Shown piece by piece: positions 1-6,919 of a stretch of 64,000 nt of DNA. Where the stretch lies: NCBI GenBank assembly GCA_017609175.1, contig JAFCEJ010000002.1:2782-66781 (forward strand), given 5' to 3'. The notes under the pieces are model-generated. The model searched no databases. It was not told where the DNA came from and saw only the letters and a list, made by a program, of their open reading frames with translations. This stretch comes from Candidatus Pacearchaeota archaeon (lineage in GTDB: Archaea; Nanobdellota; Nanobdellia; Pacearchaeales; GW2011-AR1). Positions within the stretch are counted from its first letter, which is position 1, and every line of letters begins with the position of its first letter. The position numbers were made by a program, and so were the translations under genes.

Positions 1-45
1 TTTTAATGTAATAATATTTTTAAATCGCTTGTTGTTTTTTATTTA

Positions 46-402
46 ATGGATGATTGTATCTTTTGTAAAATTGCAAGAGGAGAAATTGGAAGCAAAATAA
101 TTTATGAGAATGATAATTTCTTTTCAATTCCTGATGCAAATCCTATTGTTGAAGGGCACACCTTAATTATTCCTAAAAAACATTTTAAAACTTTATTGGA
201 TATGCCAAGTACTTTGGCTGGAGAATTATTTGATTGTATTAAAAAAACCGTTGAAAAAATTATTAAAAATATTAATGCAGGTGGTTCTGTTGGTTTTAAT
301 ATTGTAAATAATAATTTTAAGGCTGCGGGCCAGGTTGTAAATCATCTTCATTTTCATATCATTCCCCGAAGAGATGGCGATGGTATTAAAGTTATTGCGT
401 AA
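46..402 (+). CDS. HIT-family (histidine triad) nucleotide hydrolase/transferase
   Basis: 118-aa ORF with histidine-triad signature HLHFHIIPR near the C-terminus and the DCIFCKI N-terminal motif typical of HINT/Hit proteins. Confidence 0.85.
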   Translation: MDDCIFCKIARGEIGSKIIYENDNFFSIPDANPIVEGHTLIIPKKHFKTLLDMPSTLAGELFDCIKKTVEKIIKNINAGGSVGFNIVNNNFKAAGQVVNHLHFHIIPRRDGDGIKVIA

Positions 403-407
403 TTAAA

Positions 408-1097
408 ATGGTTAAAACAATAATTATTACTGGAGCAAGTTCTGGAATTGGAAAGGCAACAGCAGAGCTTTTAGCTAAAGAAGGACATAAGTTAATTCTT
501 GTAGCGAGAAGTAAAGATAAATTGAATGGGATTGCAGAAAAAAATCAAAATTGTTTTGTTTATGCTTGTGATTTGATGGATTTAAATCAGGTTAATGAAG
601 TTTCAAAGAAGATTGTTGAAGACTTTCCTGATATTGATGTTCTTGTTAATAATGCAGGTGTTGGTTTTCCTTCTAAATTAGATGAATTATCTGTGGAGGA
701 TTATGATAGGATAATGGATACAAATGTTAAAGGGCTTGTATTTTTTACGAAAAATATTCTTCAACAGATGAAAAAGAATGATAAAGGGCATATTATCAAT
801 GTTTCTTCTCCTGCAGGCATTCAAGCTAATCCTGTTGCTCCAATTTATTGTACTTCAAAGTTTGCTTTAGAGGGTTATACTGGGGGATTAAGGATGCAGA
901 TAAAAGAAGAAAAGAAAAATATCCGTGTGACTAATGTTCGGCCGGGGGGTGTTGATACAAATTATTGGGGAGATAGGGATGTTCCGAGAGAAAAGTTTAT
1001 GACTCCTGAAGAAATGGCTCTTGTTCTGAAGTTTGTGATTGATTTTCCAGAGAAATCAAATGTTGTTGATATTACAATGGAGAGTTTTAGATATTAA
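408..1097 (+). CDS. short-chain dehydrogenase/reductase (SDR)
   Basis: TGASSGIGKATA Rossmann motif, NNAG, catalytic Ser...YCTSK; starts 6 nt after the HIT gene. Confidence 0.85.
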   Translation: MVKTIIITGASSGIGKATAELLAKEGHKLILVARSKDKLNGIAEKNQNCFVYACDLMDLNQVNEVSKKIVEDFPDIDVLVNNAGVGFPSKLDELSVEDYDRIMDTNVKGLVFFTKNILQQMKKNDKGHIINVSSPAGIQANPVAPIYCTSKFALEGYTGGLRMQIKEEKKNIRVTNVRPGGVDTNYWGDRDVPREKFMTPEEMALVLKFVIDFPEKSNVVDITMESFRY

Positions 1098-1102
1098 TTA
1101 AA

Positions 1103-1191
1103 TGTCTCTGGAGGGAGTTTAACCCTCGACTTCCGCCTTACTCAGAATTTCTTCTCATGAGAGCGGCGCTCTAACGCTGAGCTACAGAGAC
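1103..1191 (-). tRNA. tRNA with anticodon CAT (elongator Met or Ile2) carrying a 17-nt intron at 37/38
   Basis: Reverse complement folds by hand: acceptor GTCTCTG/CAGAGAC, D stem GCTC/GAGC, anticodon stem CCGCT/GGCGG, loop CTCATG|A, T arm GAGGG-TTAAACT-CCCTC. Intron forms a BHB (central helix CTCA/TGAG, bulges TGA and TAA, outer helix GAA-GAAA-TTC). Confidence 0.75.
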
Positions 1192-1241
1192 AAGATTAAG
1201 AAAAAGATGAGATTTAAAAGTTTTAGGGTTTTAGATTTTTT

Positions 1242-1794
1242 ATGAGACGAAAGAATAAGATTTTGGTGGTTATTCCTGCTTATAATGAAGAAAAGAAAAT
1301 TAAGAAGATTATTGAGAAATGTTTAAGGTATTCAAGGTATGTTCTTGCGATTGATGATGGATCTTCTGATAATACTTTAAAGGAGATTAAAAAGACTAAG
1401 ACAATTTGTTTAACGAATAAATCTAATAAAGGAAAGGGTTATTCTTTAAGAAGGGGATTTAAGTATGCGATTGAAAACGGATTTAATATTGTAATTACTC
1501 TTGATGCTGACGGACAACATGATCTTTGGTATATTAATCATCAGCACTTTCTCTAAAAAACGGATAAAAGATACTCAATCAGGTTATAGGGCAATTAGGG
1601 TTAATATTTTAAAAGATTTGAAATTAAAGACAAATAGGTATGAAACAGAATCTGAAATTTTAATGAAGTTAGGGAGAAAAGGAGCAAGGTTTGGGAGGGT
1701 TATGATTCCAGTGATTTATAGAGATGAGGAAAGCTCTATTCATCCGGTTAAAGATGCTGTAAGGTTTGTGAAGGTTCTGAAACATAGAAAGTGA
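1242..1794 (+). pseudogene. family-2 glycosyltransferase (dolichyl-phosphate sugar synthase-like), disrupted
   Basis: ORF 1242-1556 carries the GT2 N-terminus (ILVVIPAYNEE, DDGSSD, TLDADGQHD) and stops. ORF 1501-1794, in the +1 frame, carries the GT2 C-terminal block (KDTQSGYRAIR...). Only ~20 codons separate DADGQHD from DTQSGYR, where intact relatives have roughly 60. Confidence 0.55.
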
Positions 1795-1831
1795 TAATTA
1801 AAATTAAAAACTCTTTTTTCTTATTTATTTT

Positions 1832-2431
1832 ATGGGGTGGGATTTGAAAAAAGAGTTGAAGAGGAAAGCTATCCATTTGCTTGCTCTTTCTTTTATCATA
1901 ATCTTTATTTTAATTTCTTCTAATTATGGAGAGACTCTTGCGTTGTTTGCACTTGTTTTTCTTCTTATAATTTTTCTTGAATTAGATTATGTGAGGGTTG
2001 ATTTGAGAAGAAATATTCCTTTTGTGTCTGGATTGTGGAGATTAAAAGAGAAAAATAGGCCAGGTGGGCAAGTGTTTTTTTTGATTGGTGCAATAATTTC
2101 TCTTGCAGTTTTTGATTTTAGAATTGCCTTGGTTGCAATTTTGATGGCTATTTTTGGGGATATGGCTGCCGCTTTAATCGGAAAAAAATTTGGAAAAACA
2201 TGGCTTACAAAAACAAAAGCATTAGAAGGGATTCTAGCAGAATTTTTTATTGATGTTATTATTGCATATTTTATTATTGGAAATTGGATAATTATCTTGA
2301 TCATGGCTTTAACTGCTACAACTGTTGAAACATTGGTTAATAAATTAGATGATAATTTAATGATTCCTTTGTTTGCCGGATTTAATGGGCAACTTGCTTT
2401 GTATATTCTTAAATTATTGGGTAAAATTTAA
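1832..2431 (+). CDS. polytopic membrane protein, CTP-dependent polyprenol (dolichol/phytol) kinase / CdsA superfamily
   Basis: 199 aa, multiple TM segments, GDMAAALIGKKFGK motif characteristic of this cytidylyltransferase/kinase superfamily. Confidence 0.5.
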   Translation: MGWDLKKELKRKAIHLLALSFIIIFILISSNYGETLALFALVFLLIIFLELDYVRVDLRRNIPFVSGLWRLKEKNRPGGQVFFLIGAIISLAVFDFRIALVAILMAIFGDMAAALIGKKFGKTWLTKTKALEGILAEFFIDVIIAYFIIGNWIIILIMALTATTVETLVNKLDDNLMIPLFAGFNGQLALYILKLLGKI

Positions 2432-2453
2432 AAGTGACTGTTTTTTTATTGAT

Positions 2454-2687
2454 ATGATTAGAATGATTGGAAATTTAACCGATGTAACTGTTGAAAAAAT
2501 GATTAACCAGATTTCTTCTTTGACTACATTTATTCAGGCGATTGGGGGTTTGATTATTCTCTATTTAATTTTTAATATAATCAATGCTATTCTTAATGGG
2601 AAAAAGAAAAAGCAACTTGAGAGAATAAATGAAAATTTGGAAGAAATAAAACAATTGTTAAAAAATAAAAGAAAAAAAGGAAAATAA
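2454..2687 (+). CDS. small single-pass membrane protein with basic coiled-coil tail (unknown function)
   Basis: ATG at 2454 inside track ORF 2373-2687; one hydrophobic helix (IGGLIILYLIFNIINAIL) followed by a KKKKQLERINENLEEIKQLLKNKRKKGK tail. Confidence 0.35.
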   Translation: MIRMIGNLTDVTVEKMINQISSLTTFIQAIGGLIILYLIFNIINAILNGKKKKQLERINENLEEIKQLLKNKRKKGK

Positions 2688-2707
2688 AAAGAAAAAATTC
2701 TTTTTCT

Positions 2708-3010
2708 TTATTTCTTTGATAAAGTTATCTCAATTGTTGATACATTAACTTTTTTGCCTTCTTTGTTTTCAAATTCTTCGCTGTCAATTTTAATGTCCTT
2801 TATGCCAATGTTCTGGTCTTCAAGGAATCTCTTTCTTGCAACTTCTGCAACATCGACAGCTCTGTTTATGAATTTTCCTCTTGCCTTTATGACTACTTCA
2901 TCTTTCTTCTTTGTTGTAAATTGTATTACTGCACTTGTTACGTAATTCATAAAAGGCTTGTTTCCGATGAAGACAACATTTTCATCTTCTTTCTTTTGTT
3001 CTTCTGTCAT
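2708..3010 (-). CDS. albA: Alba DNA/RNA-binding chromatin protein
   Basis: 100 aa; NVVFIGNKPFMNYVTSAVIQF...VVIKARGKFINRAVDVAEVARKRF matches the Alba/Sac10b fold signature. Confidence 0.85.
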   Translation of the reverse strand: MTEEQKKEDENVVFIGNKPFMNYVTSAVIQFTTKKKDEVVIKARGKFINRAVDVAEVARKRFLEDQNIGIKDIKIDSEEFENKEGKKVNVSTIEITLSKK

Positions 3011-3039
3011 TTTTGTTTTACCTCCTTGTCATTTAATTC

Positions 3040-3237
3040 TCAGCAATTACTGAGCATTTTTGCCTCTGATTTTTTGAGTCTTACTAAATATCCTGCTATT
3101 TGATTTCTAAGTTTTTTACTTGGCATTGTATTTCCAAGTATTTTCTTGTTTTTTTCAAAGTCTGAACTAAATTCAATTCCTTTTTCTATTAATGCTTTTG
3201 CAGTTCTTTTTATTAATTTTGATTTGATTTTTCCCAT
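3040..3237 (-). CDS. rps17e: 30S ribosomal protein S17e
   Basis: 65 aa, MGKIKSKLIKRTAKALIEKG...DFEKNKK N-terminal pattern of archaeal S17e. Confidence 0.8.
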   Translation of the reverse strand: MGKIKSKLIKRTAKALIEKGIEFSSDFEKNKKILGNTMPSKKLRNQIAGYLVRLKKSEAKMLSNC

Positions 3238-3271
3238 GTTATTTGGTTTGATTACATGTTTTTAAAGATTT

Positions 3272-4186
3272 TTATTCTATTTTTTCTATATTGCTTAGAT
3301 TTTTTGCAGCCTTAATGAAGTTTAATGTTTTTTTTAAGGGTTCTCCTCTGCTTAGGATGATATATTTTAAATTTAGTTTTGATGCTTTTTGATTTGTTTT
3401 GATTAAGTCAGTTTCACTTATTCTCTTTTTATTATATGCAACTAAAAGCTTCTCTTCTCCATTTTCTTTTACAATTAGCGTGATGCCTGTCTTGTTAAAA
3501 TCTTGTATATCTAGAATTTCAATTGATTTTTCTGATAAAAATTCTTTAACTTTATTGAAAAATTTGTCATTTTTCTTTTTTGGTGTTTTTCTTTTTATGG
3601 TTTTTATTTTTGTTTCTGCTTTTTTTGGTTTTTCTTCGAATATATCCAATGTTTTCTCTTTTTTTATTGAATGCTTGCCCAGTTCAACTGGTATTTTTTC
3701 TACCTTTATTTGTGGTGGAACAATTAATTCTTCTTTTTTAACAGGCTCTTTAATTTTCCTTTTTTCGTCAAATTCAGATTCTGGAACTGTTAGGTATCTC
3801 CAGAAAATTTTGTCATTTCTTCTAAAAGGGATTGCAAAATCTCTGAGTGCTCTAAGAGCTACACGAATTGCAGGATCTTGTTTTGAATCTTCCAGGAATT
3901 TTTTTTGTTTGAGGAGAAGGAATGCTTCTTTTTCTTTTGTTTTAAGATATTGTGAAAATTTTTCTAACATTGGTTCTTGGCCTGGAATAAAATAAACCGG
4001 CGAGCCCCCAACTTTCATATGGCTTATTTTTATTTCTCTTTCTGAAACTAATTCTGATAGAAATGCAGATGCAAAAAGAATACTCATGTTTATCTCTTTG
4101 GCTATATGAACTGGCAAACTCGGACCTTTTGCTTTGAGAAAAGATATTATTTTCTTTTTTATTTCAGAAGTATTTTGGATAGGCAT
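3272..4186 (-). CDS. winged-helix-like N-terminal domain protein with Lys/Glu-rich linker, function unknown
   Basis: 304-aa ORF. N-terminus (KGPSLPVHIAKEINMSILFASAFLSELVSEREIKISHMKVGGSPVYF) reads like a wHTH. Central KE-rich low-complexity segment, then a globular C-terminal domain. No family recognised. Confidence 0.5.
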   Translation of the reverse strand: MPIQNTSEIKKKIISFLKAKGPSLPVHIAKEINMSILFASAFLSELVSEREIKISHMKVGGSPVYFIPGQEPMLEKFSQYLKTKEKEAFLLLKQKKFLEDSKQDPAIRVALRALRDFAIPFRRNDKIFWRYLTVPESEFDEKRKIKEPVKKEELIVPPQIKVEKIPVELGKHSIKKEKTLDIFEEKPKKAETKIKTIKRKTPKKKNDKFFNKVKEFLSEKSIEILDIQDFNKTGITLIVKENGEEKLLVAYNKKRISETDLIKTNQKASKLNLKYIILSRGEPLKKTLNFIKAAKNLSNIEKIE

Positions 4187-4267
4187 AATTAAAATAGAGA
4201 TATTAGGATTATAAATATTATTGTCTAATATAAAAAATAATAAAAAGGAAAAAATTTAATTTTAAAT

Positions 4268-4576
4268 ATGATTATTGTAAATGGATGTGGTTACGATGAA
4301 CTGATAAACGCTTATTCCAAGGGGGATATTTCTTCTAGAACAGAGATAATTGCAGGGTTTGAATATAATTCTGGATTTTTAAGAAAAAAGAAAAAAGAAA
4401 CAAAGTCTCTTGCCTTTGATAATTCAGGAGTTTTAAAATATCTCGAACATGTTGAAGGGGGAGGTAGATTAGGAAAACCAGTAACTTTAGAAGATTTAAT
4501 TAAGATGGGTTCTTGGGGGGCTGTAAGTGCTAAACAAAAAATTTCAATTGCCGAAGTTACGGCTTTACCCAACTAA
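4268..4576 (+). CDS. hypothetical protein
   Basis: 102-aa ORF, no recognisable motif; 3' end overlaps the convergent endA by 20 nt. Confidence 0.3.
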   Translation: MIIVNGCGYDELINAYSKGDISSRTEIIAGFEYNSGFLRKKKKETKSLAFDNSGVLKYLEHVEGGGRLGKPVTLEDLIKMGSWGAVSAKQKISIAEVTALPN

Positions 4577-5075
4577 CTTCATAATAAGTTATATCTCCTT
4601 CTTCATCAATGATTGCTAAAAGCAATTTCTTTTTTGTTGAATGCGCGATTCTATTTTTTGCTGAAAATTCGTGCCAGGTTAATTTTTTTGATTCGTGTTC
4701 TGTGAATACAATCCATTTTGCATGTTTTTTACCAGGTCGAGCGCCTTTATCATAAACTCTAAATTCTGCTCCGAATTTTAATGCAGTTTTTACAATATAT
4801 CCTTTTTCCCTCAAATCCTTAAAAACGAGATATTTTATTTGTATTTTCTTATCTATCCTTCTGAATTTATTTATCAAATCTTTTTTTGGGATTTTTTTCT
4901 TTCCTGAAAAGACCTCCATCTTTTCTTTTTCAACTAAAAACAAAACTTCTGAAAGAGAGTAATGGATTTTTCCGTTTTTTGGTTCTCCGAAACAACTTTT
5001 TTTGTAAAGTGAATGAGCTTCAGCTGTATTGCTTGAAATTATTTCCCCTGTGATATATGCTTGAATTTTTTTCAT
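4557..5075 (-). CDS. endA: tRNA-splicing endonuclease
   Basis: 172 aa; YLVFKDLREKGYIVKTALKFGAEFRVYDKG...HAKWIV matches the EndA catalytic domain pattern (Y..DLR.RG....G.KFG.DFRVY....H). Confidence 0.85.
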   Translation of the reverse strand: MKKIQAYITGEIISSNTAEAHSLYKKSCFGEPKNGKIHYSLSEVLFLVEKEKMEVFSGKKKIPKKDLINKFRRIDKKIQIKYLVFKDLREKGYIVKTALKFGAEFRVYDKGARPGKKHAKWIVFTEHESKKLTWHEFSAKNRIAHSTKKKLLLAIIDEEGDITYYEVSWVKP

Positions 5076-5309
5076 TTTAAAATAACCAATCTTTTATAAT
5101 CCTTATTTCATTTTGACTGGGTTGATTATACTAATTAATCATAATATTTAAATATGTGGTTTTGTTTTAAGGATTATGGAAATTGCCAAGTCTCTTAATT
5201 TTTCAAGGGATATTTTGGTAATTGGAATTCTCTTATCAATTATTATTTTATTATAAGATTCATTTAGTTAATCTATAATGAATCTGATGTTGTTGGATAA
5301 GAGAATTCT

Positions 5310-6494
5310 ATGAAATTTGTGAAAATGAAAAAAATAAAAATTTTTGATACAACCCTTCGGGATGGGGAACAAAGTCCTGGAGCTTCATTAAATAAGGAAG
5401 AGAAATTAATCATAGCGAAGCAATTAGCTAAGTTAAATGTAGATGTAATTGAAGCTGGTTTTCCTATTGCGAGTAATGATGATTTTGAAGCTGTTAAGAT
5501 GATATCTAAGGAAGTTAAGGGGCCTGTTATTTGTGTGTTGGCTAGGGCGAAAAAAGAAGATATTGATAAAGCTCGGGAATCCCTTAAATATGCTGAAAAA
5601 TCTAGGATTCATATTTTTTTGGCTACATCTAAGGTTCATATTCATAGTAAATTACATCTTTCTGAAAAAGAAGTTCTTTGCAAGGTTTATGATATGGTTT
5701 GTTATGCAAGGAATTTTTTTGATGAAGTTGAATTTACTCCGGAAGATTCTGCTAGGACAGATATTGATTTTATGATTAAAGTTATTGAAACAGCTATTAA
5801 AGCTGGTGCAAGAATAATAAATATTGCAGATACTGTTGGTTATGCAGAACCAGAAGAATTTGGTAAAAGGGTAAAGTATGTTTTTGATAAGCTTGGGGGT
5901 TTAATTGAAGAAAAGAATGTTATAATAAGTGTTCATTGTCATGATGATTTGGGTTTGGCTGTTGCAAATAGTTTGGAAGGAATAAGAAATGGAGCAACCC
6001 AAGTTGAATGCACTGTTAATGGTATAGGGGAGAGAGCAGGCAATTGTTCTTTGGAGGAGATTGTTATGAATTTAAAAACAAGAAAAGATTATTTTGGAGT
6101 GGATGTTGATATCAATACAAAGGAAATTTTTAGAACTTCTAGGATTGTTAGTAAATTAACAGGGATTGAAATCCAAAAAAATAAAGCCATTGTGGGAAGT
6201 AATGCATTTGCACATGAAGCAGGAATCCATCAACATGGGGTGATAAATAATAAATTAACTTATGAGATAATGGACCCAAAAGATGTTGGATGGGAAGGGA
6301 CTCGTTTTGTTTTAGGAAAACATTCTGGAAGGCATATGGTAGAAAAAATTCTTAAAGAAAAGGGATATAATTTTAATGCAAATCAAATAAAGGAACTTTC
6401 TTTAAAACTTAAGAAGATTGCGGATATCAAAAAAAGAATTTCTGAAAAGGATGTAGAAAAGATGATTCAAAATAATCTGAAGAAAAATATTTAA
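5310..6494 (+). CDS. 2-isopropylmalate / homocitrate / citramalate synthase family enzyme (HMGL-like TIM barrel), short form
   Basis: IFDTTLRDGEQSPGASL N-terminal signature, HCHDDLGLAVANSL and HEAGIHQHG metal/substrate motifs. At 394 aa it lacks the C-terminal LeuA regulatory domain. Confidence 0.8.
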   Translation: MKFVKMKKIKIFDTTLRDGEQSPGASLNKEEKLIIAKQLAKLNVDVIEAGFPIASNDDFEAVKMISKEVKGPVICVLARAKKEDIDKARESLKYAEKSRIHIFLATSKVHIHSKLHLSEKEVLCKVYDMVCYARNFFDEVEFTPEDSARTDIDFMIKVIETAIKAGARIINIADTVGYAEPEEFGKRVKYVFDKLGGLIEEKNVIISVHCHDDLGLAVANSLEGIRNGATQVECTVNGIGERAGNCSLEEIVMNLKTRKDYFGVDVDINTKEIFRTSRIVSKLTGIEIQKNKAIVGSNAFAHEAGIHQHGVINNKLTYEIMDPKDVGWEGTRFVLGKHSGRHMVEKILKEKGYNFNANQIKELSLKLKKIADIKKRISEKDVEKMIQNNLKKNI

Positions 6495-6611
6495 ACTTTA
6501 AATTTTAAATAATGTTATGAGGCTAACACAAAATGTTTTGGTTCTATTGTTAGTGTTAGTCGTGGCTTTATTATAAAAGCCATTTCTTAAATTTCTTCTT
6601 AATCTTTTAAA

Positions 6612-6911
6612 ATGGCTTTTGAAATATTGTCTTTAATCAAAATTGAAAGAAAATTCGAATATGAACCTAATTATAGGGCTGTTATTCGATATAAGGATAG
6701 GGAAGTTCCTTGTGATATTTATACAACTCTTAGATTTTTTGATGGCGGAAGAATTATCTGTGACTTTCTTTATAGAACTTCTTTTAATGGAAATCTCTGT
6801 TTTAAATTAGAAATAACAAATCCTTTTATGCTTCACTTAGAAAAAGAACTTCAAGACGAATTAATTGATTTTATAAGAAATCAGGACAAATTTAAAAATA
6901 GAAAAAACTAA
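6612..6911 (+). CDS. hypothetical protein
   Basis: 99-aa ORF filling the gap before leuS, same strand; no motif recognised. Confidence 0.35.
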   Translation: MAFEILSLIKIERKFEYEPNYRAVIRYKDREVPCDIYTTLRFFDGGRIICDFLYRTSFNGNLCFKLEITNPFMLHLEKELQDELIDFIRNQDKFKNRKN

Positions 6912-6919
6912 TAATTAAT

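Noticed and set aside
5176-5256. 26-aa hydrophobic ORF in the endA-leuA-like spacer, followed by a GATTCATT/AATGAATC hairpin
   Set aside because: Too short and without start signals. The hairpin is only 8 bp in AT-rich sequence. Not enough support for a gene or regulatory call.
6520-6595. Two hairpins (CTAACAC...GTGTTAG and GTGGCTTT...AAAGCCAT) downstream of the synthase gene
   Set aside because: Most simply explained as transcript-end structures of the upstream gene. No further sign of an RNA gene.
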